From positions 6,381 through 70,380 of the forward strand of contig CALXSG010000001.1 of the NCBI GenBank assembly GCA_944391075.1: a DNA stretch of 64,000 nucleotides, given 5' to 3'. The stretch is from an uncultured Rickettsiales bacterium. Lineage in GTDB: Bacteria > Pseudomonadota > Alphaproteobacteria > Rickettsiales > UBA1997. The notes under the pieces are model-generated. The model saw only the letters and a program-made list of their open reading frames with translations. It had not been told where the DNA came from and made no database searches. The number at the start of each line of letters is the position of its first letter. The first letter of the stretch is position 1. Both the position numbers and the translations under genes were made by a program. Of the stretch, positions 46,272 to 55,736 are shown piece after piece.

Positions 46272-48638
46272 ATGAAAAAAATATTTATTTTATTATTAGT
46301 ATTATTAAATTCAAATAATCTTTTTGCATCGTCTAAAATTAATAAAATAGCAATTGAAAGAGTCGAGGCTGTTTCAACAGTTGAAATTGATTACAATAAT
46401 TTAAATAAACAATTAAGCGAAATAGAGCAAAAATTATTAAAAAGAGATATAACAGTTGAAGATACTAACAATTATATTAAAATTTTAAATAATATAGAAA
46501 ATTTAATTAATGAAGCTAAAAAAGAAAATGAAACAAATTTAAGTTATGTACAAAAAAGAATAGAATCATTAGGCGAAAAACCAGAAGATAATGTAGTAGA
46601 AGATCAAACTGTTGTTAATCAAAGAAAAGAATTTTTAGTTGAAGAAAATTTGATAAAAACAAAAATTGCAAAAAATGATTTAATTTTAACTAAATTAAAT
46701 GAGCTAGAAGAATTAATTTTAAATTTTAGAAATCAAACATTATTAGATAATATACTTAATAGGCAAAGTGAAGTAGTTAAGCCTAAATTTATATTAGAAA
46801 ATACAAAAAATTTTGCAGGTTTTGTATTTGATATTTTAAGAATGCCTTATAAGTGGTATAGCAAGCTTGATAAAGTACAAAAAGCTGAAATGAATGGTAG
46901 TCTATTAAGTATATCGTTAATGACTTTTTTCTTCTCTATTTTAGCCTGTATAGGAAGTATATTTATCAAAAAATATTATGGTTATAAAAAAAATATATCT
47001 ACACCTGATTATATTAAAAAGATAAAAACTGCAATTATAGTATTTTTTACCAATTTACTTATATATTCAACTATAATAGGCACACTATTATTATTTATAA
47101 TCAAAAACCAATTATTAGTAGATACAAATATCAAAATAATTTTTTCAAAATTACTAATATATATATTTTATATATTTTTATTGTCTTTTACAGCAAAAGC
47201 TATTTTTGTGCCTTGTAGTGCAAAATGGAGATTAATTAATATTAGTAATGAAAAAGCAAAATCTATTACTTTTATTTCAATATTATCAATTGCAATAATT
47301 TTTATTTTTAATTTTTTTGAATATGCAACTGTTACACTTGAATATCCAATTAATGTTGCTATTTATATAAAAGTTTTATCTTGTTTAGCAAAAATTATTT
47401 GTATAATGCTAATTGCAAAAGTATTTTTCTATGAAACAGAAGAAAAAGAAGAAAATGCAGAAAATATAGAAGATAAAGGTTTAGATAATAAGGCGAAAAT
47501 AAAAATAGGTTTATTCTTATTTGCAACAGCTTTATTTTTTATATGTTTTTTTGGTTATGTAAATCTAGCTTATTATATATTAGATAAATCTATTATTTCT
47601 ATAACACTTTCTGGAATAGCTTATATTATTAGCAATTTAGTAAATGTATTATTTCATAAAATATTATTATTAAGATTCTGGGCTAGAAGTTTAAAATTAA
47701 CAAAAAGACAATTGGTAAGAATTAATATATGGTTTTCTTTAATTATTAATCCACTAATTTTAGTAATTTTAATATTTATTTTACTAGGTTTATGGGGTTT
47801 TTCAACTGATTTATTATTACAAAATATAAAAAGATTCTTAAATGGCTTTTATATTGGTAATGTTAAAATATCTATTATTTCAATTTGTTTTGCTATACTT
47901 GCATTTTTTATATCTATATCAATTTTTAGACTCATAAAATTCAAGTTATTAATTCCTACACTTTCTAAAACTGATATGGATGCAGGCGTTAGAGATTCTT
48001 TAGCATCTGGCTTTACATTCTTCGGCTTTTTAGCTTCTGTATTTTTTTCTATAGCAATAATTGGAGGAAATTTTAGTAATTTAGCTATAGTCGCCGGTGC
48101 TTTATCGTTCGGTGTAGGTTTAGGTTTACAAAATATTGTTAATAATCTTGTATCTGGTATTTTAATATTATTTGAAAGACCAATTAAAATTGGTGATGTA
48201 GTTAATATAGGTGGACAAGAAGGAACAGTAAAACAAATAAATATTAGATCTACACAATTAGAAACTTTTACTAAATCAAATATTATTATTCCTAATTCAA
48301 ATATTATTTCCGAAATAGTTTTAAATAAAACATTAAACAATAAACAAGCAAGAGTTGATTTAAACTTTGTTGTAGATTCTTCTAATGATCCAAAGGAAAT
48401 GATTGATATATTATTAAATATTGCCAAAAATAATGATAGAGTTATGACAAAACCTGCTCCTTCTGTAGCTTTTAATAGTTTCACTAGAAACAGTTTAGAC
48501 TTTACATTAAAAATATATATTAATGATTTAAATAATCAACAAGATATAGTTAATGAAGTATTAATTGCAGCATTCTATAAATTCAATGAGAAGAATATTG
48601 AATTGAAGAAAGATATAATGTATTTAGAACGCACTTAA
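46272..48638 (+). CDS. Large MscK/KefA-like mechanosensitive channel (MscS family)
   Basis: Signal peptide, a periplasmic coiled-coil region, multiple TMs, and the MscS core LAIVAGALSFGVGLGLQNIVNNLVSGILILFERPIKIGDVV. Confidence 0.88.
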   Translation: MKKIFILLLVLLNSNNLFASSKINKIAIERVEAVSTVEIDYNNLNKQLSEIEQKLLKRDITVEDTNNYIKILNNIENLINEAKKENETNLSYVQKRIESLGEKPEDNVVEDQTVVNQRKEFLVEENLIKTKIAKNDLILTKLNELEELILNFRNQTLLDNILNRQSEVVKPKFILENTKNFAGFVFDILRMPYKWYSKLDKVQKAEMNGSLLSISLMTFFFSILACIGSIFIKKYYGYKKNISTPDYIKKIKTAIIVFFTNLLIYSTIIGTLLLFIIKNQLLVDTNIKIIFSKLLIYIFYIFLLSFTAKAIFVPCSAKWRLINISNEKAKSITFISILSIAIIFIFNFFEYATVTLEYPINVAIYIKVLSCLAKIICIMLIAKVFFYETEEKEENAENIEDKGLDNKAKIKIGLFLFATALFFICFFGYVNLAYYILDKSIISITLSGIAYIISNLVNVLFHKILLLRFWARSLKLTKRQLVRINIWFSLIINPLILVILIFILLGLWGFSTDLLLQNIKRFLNGFYIGNVKISIISICFAILAFFISISIFRLIKFKLLIPTLSKTDMDAGVRDSLASGFTFFGFLASVFFSIAIIGGNFSNLAIVAGALSFGVGLGLQNIVNNLVSGILILFERPIKIGDVVNIGGQEGTVKQINIRSTQLETFTKSNIIIPNSNIISEIVLNKTLNNKQARVDLNFVVDSSNDPKEMIDILLNIAKNNDRVMTKPAPSVAFNSFTRNSLDFTLKIYINDLNNQQDIVNEVLIAAFYKFNEKNIELKKDIMYLERT

Positions 48639-48698
48639 TCTTTAAAATTCTCTACAAAAGAGAACTATAATAAAGAATTTTGTTTTAATTAGTACATA

Positions 48699-49601
48699 TT
48701 ATTTATTTTTCTTCTTTTTCTTAGCTACACTATAACCTGTAACAACATCTAACAATTCATTGGTAATTGTACTTTGTCGTTTTTGATTATATTCTAAGTT
48801 CTTAGTTCTAATTAAATCGTTAATATTATTTTCAGCATTTTGTAATGTTAATAATCTATTTTTTTGTTCACTTGCTATTGAATTTACTAATGCATCATTT
48901 AAACCAACAAATATATATTGTTTTAATAAATCAACAACTAACGTTTTTGTATCTATTTGCCAATAAGGAATATTATTTGTGGGCCATACTTTTTTTTGTG
49001 CATTCTCTAATATTTTTTTATCTATTGGTATTAATCTAGTTTTTGTAAGTGTACCATTCATCGTGTCATCATTAGCTGTATAATATAAAAATACTTTATT
49101 AATGGTTTTTTCTTCAATTTCTTTCTCTATTACAGCTAATAATTCATAAATTGTATTTGAAATATTTTCAATAGAATTAGGAACTGGTATTGTTTTAAAT
49201 ATTTTTAATTTTGTATTACTTAGCAACATACTAAGTCTCTCACCAACAACAATTACTTTATTTTCATCAGTATTTTGTATATCATCTATGGTAAAATTAG
49301 CTATTTTATCATTAAATCTTCCACATAAACCTTGATTAGAACCGAAAACAACAACTAAATTTTTAGCTTTTTTATTTTTAGATTGTCCTATAAATTCTAA
49401 TTCATTTATATTGATTTTATCGTTATGCATCATAATAGCTTGTAAAGCCAACTCCACATTACTTTTATATGTATAAAGAATCTTAACTATTTTTTCATAT
49501 TTTTTAATATTAGCACCGGACAAAGCCTTCATAGTACTAACAACTTGTTTAATACTTTTTGAGGTGTCCAGTGTCTTTTTTAAATTATCTAATGTTTCCA
49601 T
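48699..49601 (-). CDS. atpG: ATP synthase gamma subunit
   Basis: SIKQVVSTMKALSGANIKKYEK (gamma N-terminal helix) and C-terminal QKRQSTITNELLDVVTGYSV. Lies directly downstream of atpA. Confidence 0.88.
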   Translation of the reverse strand: METLDNLKKTLDTSKSIKQVVSTMKALSGANIKKYEKIVKILYTYKSNVELALQAIMMHNDKININELEFIGQSKNKKAKNLVVVFGSNQGLCGRFNDKIANFTIDDIQNTDENKVIVVGERLSMLLSNTKLKIFKTIPVPNSIENISNTIYELLAVIEKEIEEKTINKVFLYYTANDDTMNGTLTKTRLIPIDKKILENAQKKVWPTNNIPYWQIDTKTLVVDLLKQYIFVGLNDALVNSIASEQKNRLLTLQNAENNINDLIRTKNLEYNQKRQSTITNELLDVVTGYSVAKKKKKNK

Positions 49602-49606
49602 AGCTA

Positions 49607-51127
49607 TTATTCAACATTTTTATATTTTTTAACTGTTTCAGTAGCTTTTGATATAAAATTCTTTATTTGATCTTCTGATAATTTTTCATTAGATCTTATA
49701 GTTTTTACCATATCAACAAAATCTTCTTCCATTAAAGCTACAACTTCATCTTGAACTTCTTGAATTTTACTTAATTCTATTCCATCAAATATACCATTAT
49801 TTATACATATAAATAAAGCAACTTGTCCTTCCGTGGATACTGTTTGAGATTTAGGTTGTTTTAAGATTTCTCTAATTAATTTTCCTTTATCTATTGTTCT
49901 TTGTGTTTCTTCATCTAATTTAGTAGCAAATCTTGAAAACATTTCTAATTCTTCAAATTGCGAATATTCAATACCAATTTTTCCAGCAACTTGTTTAAAT
50001 GCTTTTAACTGTGCTTTGCCACCAACCCTTGATACTGATTTTCCAGCATCAATTGCAGGTAATAAACCTTTTTGAAAATTAACAGGTGATAAATATAATT
50101 GTCCATCTGTAATAGAAATAACATTGGTTGGTATATATGCAGAAATGTTTTCACCTTCTGTTTCAATAATAGGTAAACTTGTAATATTTCCACCACCTAA
50201 TTCATCTTTTAAATTTGCACTTCTTTCCAATAATCTAGAATGTAAATAGAATACATCGCCAGGGTAAGCTTCTCTACCTGGTGATTTTTCTAATAAAAGT
50301 GAAATTTCTCTGTAAGCTTTTGCATGTTTAGATAAATCATCATAAACTATTAAAACAGATTCACCTTTTTCACAAAAATATTCAGCCATTGATGTTGCAG
50401 CATATGGAGCAATATATTGCATACCAGGCATACTTGTTGCATTAGCATTAACAACTATTGTATAATCCATTGCTTCATTAACCTGTAATGTATGAATAAC
50501 ATTCATAACGGCAGAATCTCTTTGTCCAATAGCACAATAAATACAAATAACATCTTTTCCTTTTTGATGTAAAATTGTGTCAAGAGCTATTGACGTTTTA
50601 CCTGTTTGTCTATCACCAAGTATTAATTCTCTTTGTCCTCTTCCAATAGGAATTAGACAATCAACAATTTTAATACCAGTTTCAAGTGGTGTATCAACAG
50701 TTTTTCTATCTAACACACTTTTTGAAGGTCTTTCAGCTGGTAAAAAATCTTTTGTTTTTATTTGTCCTTTATTATCCAAAGGTCTTCCTAAACCATCAAC
50801 AACTCTTCCTATTAATTCTCTGCCCACAGGTATTTGTAGGTATTTATTTGTTCTTTTAACTTCATCTCCAACTTTAATATCGGTTGTTTTATCTAACAAA
50901 ACAACTTTTATAATATTATCTTCCATGCCAGCTACAAAACCAATATATTTATCATTTATAATGACACCTTCATCAAAACCAACTTTTGTTAAACCTTCTA
51001 CTTTAATAATAGAATCTTCAACACTATGAACAGTGCCAGCTTCTTTCTCAACTAATTGTGAATTAATTTCACCTAAATTACTAAGAATTTTTTCTTTAAA
51101 GTTGATAGATAAATTTTTATTTTCCAT
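49607..51127 (-). CDS. atpA: ATP synthase alpha subunit
   Basis: GDRQTGKTSIALDTI (Walker A), VLIVYDDLSKHAKAYREISLLL and GSITSLPIIET-like NITSLPIIETEG. Confidence 0.95.
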   Translation of the reverse strand: MENKNLSINFKEKILSNLGEINSQLVEKEAGTVHSVEDSIIKVEGLTKVGFDEGVIINDKYIGFVAGMEDNIIKVVLLDKTTDIKVGDEVKRTNKYLQIPVGRELIGRVVDGLGRPLDNKGQIKTKDFLPAERPSKSVLDRKTVDTPLETGIKIVDCLIPIGRGQRELILGDRQTGKTSIALDTILHQKGKDVICIYCAIGQRDSAVMNVIHTLQVNEAMDYTIVVNANATSMPGMQYIAPYAATSMAEYFCEKGESVLIVYDDLSKHAKAYREISLLLEKSPGREAYPGDVFYLHSRLLERSANLKDELGGGNITSLPIIETEGENISAYIPTNVISITDGQLYLSPVNFQKGLLPAIDAGKSVSRVGGKAQLKAFKQVAGKIGIEYSQFEELEMFSRFATKLDEETQRTIDKGKLIREILKQPKSQTVSTEGQVALFICINNGIFDGIELSKIQEVQDEVVALMEEDFVDMVKTIRSNEKLSEDQIKNFISKATETVKKYKNVE

Positions 51128-51135
51128 ATAATAAC

Positions 51136-51882
51136 CTACTTTTTATCATTGATTTTATTATCTATGTTAGATATAAAGTTTGTTGTTAATTCTTTTACGT
51201 TCCAAGATAAAATATAACTTTTTGCTTTTAACTCAATTCCTAAAATTAAATCTTTATCAATATCACATTGAATATCTTTAAATTTAAAACCTTTTTCAAC
51301 AAGAGAATCTTTAATAAAATTCTTTTGTTTTGTGGTTAATTCATCATTAGAATATATATGTATATTATCAAGATTTAATTTATTTACAGAATCTACTTTA
51401 TCAGCAGTCAATTCGTTAACTTTTTCTATGAAATTATTAACTATTTCATCTTGAAGTGTTGAATTAGCAAGAACTTGAAGAATATTATTAGAATATTCAA
51501 CAAATAAGTCTGATAAATCTTCATTGAAATTTTCTACAAGATTTTTTTGTTCTAAATCTAAATAGTCATTAAATTTATCTTTTTTTGCAGAAATATCATC
51601 TTTCGCTTTTTGTAATTCTTCTTCTTTAAATTTTTTAATATCAGCAATAGCTTTTTTTCTAAGAACAATATTTTCTTTTTCAACTTCTTGTAATTTATTA
51701 AAATATTCTTCTTTAAGTTTTTCACTTTCTTCAAGTTTTTTTTCGGTTTCTTCAATTTTATTTTTAATATCTTCTCTTCTCTTTTCCATAGTTTTTAATA
51801 CAGGTTTATATAAAAACTTATTTAAAAGAAAAATTAGGACACCAAAATTTATAAATTGGGCAATTATTGTATATAATTCCAT
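51136..51882 (-). CDS. atpF: ATP synthase subunit b with a delta/OSCP-like C-terminal extension (b-delta fusion)
   Basis: N-terminal anchor plus FLYKPVLKTMEKRREDI and a long charged helix typical of b. The C-terminal DIDKDLILGIELKAKSYILSWNVKELTTNF resembles the delta C-terminus (vD..LiGG..i..gd..iD.S....L). Length 248 aa. Confidence 0.8.
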   Translation of the reverse strand: MELYTIIAQFINFGVLIFLLNKFLYKPVLKTMEKRREDIKNKIEETEKKLEESEKLKEEYFNKLQEVEKENIVLRKKAIADIKKFKEEELQKAKDDISAKKDKFNDYLDLEQKNLVENFNEDLSDLFVEYSNNILQVLANSTLQDEIVNNFIEKVNELTADKVDSVNKLNLDNIHIYSNDELTTKQKNFIKDSLVEKGFKFKDIQCDIDKDLILGIELKAKSYILSWNVKELTTNFISNIDNKINDKK

Positions 51883-51897
51883 AATTTTACCTTAAAA

Positions 51898-52170
51898 TTA
51901 TAATTTTTCTAATAAAGTATTCCAGAAAGGATTAGCAAATAAAAGAATCATAGAAATAACAAGACAATAAATAGCTGTTGATTCAACCATAGCCATACTC
52001 ATAAACAAAAGTTTTGTAATATTGCCGGCTTCATCTGGTTGTTGAGTAATAGAATGCACAGCTTCTCTAGCTATACTAGCTTCACCAAATGAAGAACCAA
52101 GAGAACCCATACCCATTGAAAATGCAGCTGAAAAAATTGAAATTGATGCTACAATTGTTAAACTATCCAT
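51898..52170 (-). CDS. atpE: ATP synthase c subunit with a Na+-binding-type signature
   Basis: 90-aa hairpin. Loop motif QQPD. E30 in helix 1. E63-S64-T65...Y68 in helix 2 (AMVESTAIYCLV). Spacing relative to the loop Pro matches the Ilyobacter tartaricus Q32/E65/S66/T67/Y70 positions. Confidence 0.9.
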   Translation of the reverse strand: MDSLTIVASISIFSAAFSMGMGSLGSSFGEASIAREAVHSITQQPDEAGNITKLLFMSMAMVESTAIYCLVISMILLFANPFWNTLLEKL

Positions 52171-52333
52171 ATTTTTTATATTAGTTATTAAATTTAGTTT
52201 GCATTTTATATTGTGAGAAACAATAAGTCAATAAATATTTTTTATTTTATAAATTTTATATATTAAAATTTTGACTTGAAATTAATAAAAAATGTTCTAT
52301 TAGTAGTAGAGTATAATAATTTTTATTTATAAT

Positions 52334-53473
52334 ATGAAGATTAAAGATATATTATATTTTTCAATATTTTGTCTATTATCTTTGATAATACTAATAGTTA
52401 CAAACACAAAAGCTAATGCCACAGATTTATATAATAATTCTGAATATACCTATGTAAATTTTAATGATTTTATGAGTTCTTATAATGCAAATGTAACTAA
52501 TTTAGTATCAGGAACTTATGACGATAAAATTGTTGATATTACAGGTAATACAACTGCTGTTTATTTAAATCCACCTGAAAAATATGCATCTTTCGTACAA
52601 TTTAGAAATAGCAAGAGAAGTGTTGATACGTACAATAAGATGTTTTTATTAAGATGGTTTAAGTTAGCTAACACTCAAACAGACGATGCAACTGAAAATA
52701 CAGTACAAGGCATATTGGCTGATGGAAATTTCGACGCACTTTATAGATCTTATTTGTTTTCTTCAAAAGGAAAAACATTTTATATAATTACTCAAAGAGC
52801 ACTAGGTGATTTAATGGAAAAAGACATAAAAAATGGTGAATCCATTAAAATTTATTATTGGAATTTAGGTCAATATCAAGGAAATGATCCTATTTTAGTT
52901 ATTGTTGGTTATGAAAAAGGAAAGATTACAAAACAAATAGAAACAGATATATTTTTTAGAGAATATTTACCATATTTAAAAAATGACATTTTAAATGGCA
53001 AATATGATAAAGCTAAAGGTAATATCGAAATGTTATTAAAACAATATCCTAATAATATGGACTTAAAATTAAGTTTGTGTTTAATTTATAAAGAAACAAA
53101 CTTCTATGCTAAGTCAATAGCTTGTTATAGTGATTTAATTAAACAAGATTCTCAAAATTATGATGCTTATTACGGTTTAGCTTCTGCACTTTATAAAGAT
53201 CCAAGTAAAGTTTTAAAAGATAAAGCTAGAACAATAATGACTAACACAACAAAAGCATTAGATATAATTGAAGGAATGCCAGACAATAATTCTGGAAGTT
53301 TAGCATTAATTAAATATAAAAGCTATTTCCTACGAGCAATGGCTAAAATTTCATTAGGTGATAAGAGTGCTATTAATGATTTAGAAAAAATTAATCAAGA
53401 ACAACCAGTTATTATAAGTAATGAAAGTTTAAAATTATACAAACAACAATTAAATATGATTTTAAGTCGTTAA
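52334..53473 (+). CDS. Exported TPR-repeat protein
   Basis: Signal-like LYFSIFCLLSLIILIVTNTKANA. The C-terminal half has TPR-like helices (AKGNIEMLLKQYPNNMDLKLSLCLIYKETNFYAKSIACYSDLIKQDSQNYDAYYGLASALY). Confidence 0.65.
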   Translation: MKIKDILYFSIFCLLSLIILIVTNTKANATDLYNNSEYTYVNFNDFMSSYNANVTNLVSGTYDDKIVDITGNTTAVYLNPPEKYASFVQFRNSKRSVDTYNKMFLLRWFKLANTQTDDATENTVQGILADGNFDALYRSYLFSSKGKTFYIITQRALGDLMEKDIKNGESIKIYYWNLGQYQGNDPILVIVGYEKGKITKQIETDIFFREYLPYLKNDILNGKYDKAKGNIEMLLKQYPNNMDLKLSLCLIYKETNFYAKSIACYSDLIKQDSQNYDAYYGLASALYKDPSKVLKDKARTIMTNTTKALDIIEGMPDNNSGSLALIKYKSYFLRAMAKISLGDKSAINDLEKINQEQPVIISNESLKLYKQQLNMILSR

Positions 53474-53500
53474 TATACTTCCATATATTAAATATTAATA

Positions 53501-53532
53501 AAAAATGATATTATTAAAATAATATCATTTTT
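53501..53532 (+). terminator. Long AT stem-loop between the TPR gene and the DUF2460 gene
   Basis: aaaaatgatattatt / aataatatcattttt are perfect 15-nt inverted arms that nearly abut. The element ends 1 nt before the next ATG. Confidence 0.4.
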
Positions 53533-53533
53533 T

Positions 53534-54127
53534 ATGTCTTTTTTAGAAATAAGGTTTCCAGAATCAATAGCTTTTAATTCTTCTTCAATATTAGAATTCA
53601 ATACAACAATTATAAAATCTAAAAATGGTTATGAACAAAGAAATATTAATTGGAATACAAATAAAATGAAATTTAATATTATTAATGGTATTAAAACAAA
53701 AGCCGAATTAGATGAAGTAATAACATTTTTTAGAAATGTCAGGGGGGCTGGTTATGGTTTTAGATTTAAAGATTGGACTGATTATCAAATAGATAATCAA
53801 TATTTAGGTCTAGGTGATGGAGTAACAAAAGAATTTCAATTAATAAAATCTTATAGAGTCAGTGATAATATTGTTTATTATAGAAAAATCACAAAACCTG
53901 TTATATCAACTGTAAGAGTTTTTATTAATGATATAGAAAGTAAAGATTTTAATATTGATTTAACTACTGGTTTAATTACTTTAAATACAGTACCAGAAAT
54001 AGATAGTATTATAAAAGCAAATTTTGAATTTGATGTTCCTGTACGTTTTGAAAATGATATAATGGAAATTACTATGAACTCTATTAATAGTGGAAATATT
54101 AAAGATATTACTTTAATTGAAATATAA
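53534..54127 (+). CDS. DUF2460 / GTA ORFg12-like phage-derived protein
   Basis: FLEIRFPESIAFNSSSILEFNTTIIKSKNGYEQRNINWNTNKMKFNI...FFRNVRGAGYGFRFKDWTDY matches my recollection of the DUF2460 block (F.EvrFP..is.gs.GGP.f.T.iv...sG.E.Rn..w...r..ydv....r....l..l..FF.ar.Gr..gFRfkD..D). Confidence 0.75.
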   Translation: MSFLEIRFPESIAFNSSSILEFNTTIIKSKNGYEQRNINWNTNKMKFNIINGIKTKAELDEVITFFRNVRGAGYGFRFKDWTDYQIDNQYLGLGDGVTKEFQLIKSYRVSDNIVYYRKITKPVISTVRVFINDIESKDFNIDLTTGLITLNTVPEIDSIIKANFEFDVPVRFENDIMEITMNSINSGNIKDITLIEI

Positions 54128-54199
54128 ATATTTTATTTTTACATTGAAAATTATTTTTTAAGAAATATATTTCTATTAATTATTAAATTAAATAGAAAT

Positions 54200-55300
54200 A
54201 TGTCTTTAACTTGTGGAATCGTAGGTTTACCTAATGTTGGAAAATCAACTTTATTTAATGCTTTGACTCAAACAGCAAAAGCAGAAGCTCAAAATTACCC
54301 ATTTTGCACTATTGAACCTAATATAGGAAGAGTTTGTGTAAATGATGAAAGATTAGAAAAATTAGCAAAAATTGCCAATTCTAAACAAATTGTGCCAACA
54401 CAAATTGAATTTTGCGATATTGCAGGACTTGTCAGAGGTGCAAGCAAAGGTGAAGGTTTAGGAAATCAATTTTTATCACACATTAGAGAAGTTGATTGTA
54501 TTGTAAATGTTGTTAGATGTTTTGAAGATACAAATATCACACATGTTGAAAATACTATTGACCCAATTAGAGATTTAGAATTAATTGAAACAGAATTAGT
54601 TTTAGCAGATTTAGAAAGTCTTGAAAAAAGATTACCTAATTTAGAAAAAAAAGCAAAGGGTGGTGATAAAGATTTAAAAGAACAAGTTGAATTAATTAAA
54701 AAGATTTTACCTTTATTACAAGAAGGAAAACCCGCAAGAGAATATAAACCTACAAAAGACGAAGAAAAACATTATAAAATGTTACAATTATTAACATCAA
54801 AACCTGAATTTTTTGTATGTAATGTGAATGAAAATGATATAATTTCTGGAAATAATTGGACTAAACAAGTTGAAGAATATGCAAAACAAAAAGGCAGTAC
54901 TGCCACAATTATTTCTGCAAAAGTTGAAGCTGAAATTGCTGTTTTAGAAAGTCCAGAAGAAAAAAGAGAATTTTTAGAAGCATTAGGACTTAATGAAACA
55001 GGTCTTGACAAAATTATAAAAATAGCTTATAATTACTTAGGTCTACTTACTTTTTTTACAGCAGGTGAAATGGAGACAAAGGCGTGGACTGTTAAAAAAG
55101 GAAGTTATGCTCCACAATGTGCCGGTGTAATACATACAGACTTTGAAAGAGGATTTATTAGGGCAGAAACAATTGCTTATGATGATTACATCAAATATAA
55201 TGGTGAAGAAGGTTGTAAAAACGCTGGAAAACTTAGAATTGAAGGTAAAGATTATATAGCACAAGATGGAGATATTTTTCATTTTAGATTTAATGTTTAG
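54200..55300 (+). CDS. ychF: Redox-regulated ribosome-binding ATPase YchF
   Basis: GIVGLPNVGKSTLFNALT, FCDIAGLVRGASKGEGLGNQFL, and a C-terminal TGS-like domain (RAWTVKKG-like KAWTVKKGSYAPQCAGVIHTDFERGFIRAE). Confidence 0.95.
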   Translation: MSLTCGIVGLPNVGKSTLFNALTQTAKAEAQNYPFCTIEPNIGRVCVNDERLEKLAKIANSKQIVPTQIEFCDIAGLVRGASKGEGLGNQFLSHIREVDCIVNVVRCFEDTNITHVENTIDPIRDLELIETELVLADLESLEKRLPNLEKKAKGGDKDLKEQVELIKKILPLLQEGKPAREYKPTKDEEKHYKMLQLLTSKPEFFVCNVNENDIISGNNWTKQVEEYAKQKGSTATIISAKVEAEIAVLESPEEKREFLEALGLNETGLDKIIKIAYNYLGLLTFFTAGEMETKAWTVKKGSYAPQCAGVIHTDFERGFIRAETIAYDDYIKYNGEEGCKNAGKLRIEGKDYIAQDGDIFHFRFNV

Positions 55301-55497
55301 TTGGTATTTTTATGGTAGAAATGATAAAAGAATTAGCTAACTTTTTTATAAATGCCTTTTCATTATTTGTTAATTTATTTGCTGAAAATGCAATTAAATT
55401 ATTCGAAATATTTCGTATAACGGGTGGTGGTGGTCAATCATAATAAAAAACATTATTTTTCTAGACTTTTAAAAAATATGTTTTTATAATAGTTTGT

Positions 55498-55587
55498 GGA
55501 TAGATGGCTGAGCGGTCGAAAGCACTGGTCTTGAAAACCAGCGAGGGCGCAAGTCCTCCGGGGGTTCGAATCCCTCTCTATCCGCCA
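55498..55587 (+). tRNA. tRNA-Ser (anticodon UGA), class II with a long variable arm
   Basis: Hand-folded: acceptor ggataga/tctatcc, anticodon arm ctggt-ctTGAaa-accag, long variable arm cgagggcgcaagtcctccg, T arm ggggg-ttcgaat-ccctc, discriminator G, encoded CCA. Confidence 0.9.
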
Positions 55588-55736
55588 TTTATTAATCTCA
55601 TATCTTCTATAAATATTATTGTAAGTACTTTGTTAAAATTATTGTATAATGAGTTATTATAATGTATATAATCATATAAATTATTTAATTAAATAGATAA
55701 TTATAAAATATTTTTATTAATAATGCGAAAATATTA

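Noticed and set aside
47849-48484. 211-aa minus-strand ORF inside the mscK-like gene. Similar antisense or out-of-frame ORFs occur at 8159..8563, 13193..13489, 26773..27139, 27414..27698, 29403..29738, 35906..36187, 50577..51029, 56469..56834, 62617..62880 and 63314..63661.
   Set aside because: All lie inside longer ORFs that carry clear family motifs. Their compositions are the mirror image of the real frames. There is no independent evidence for overlapping genes.
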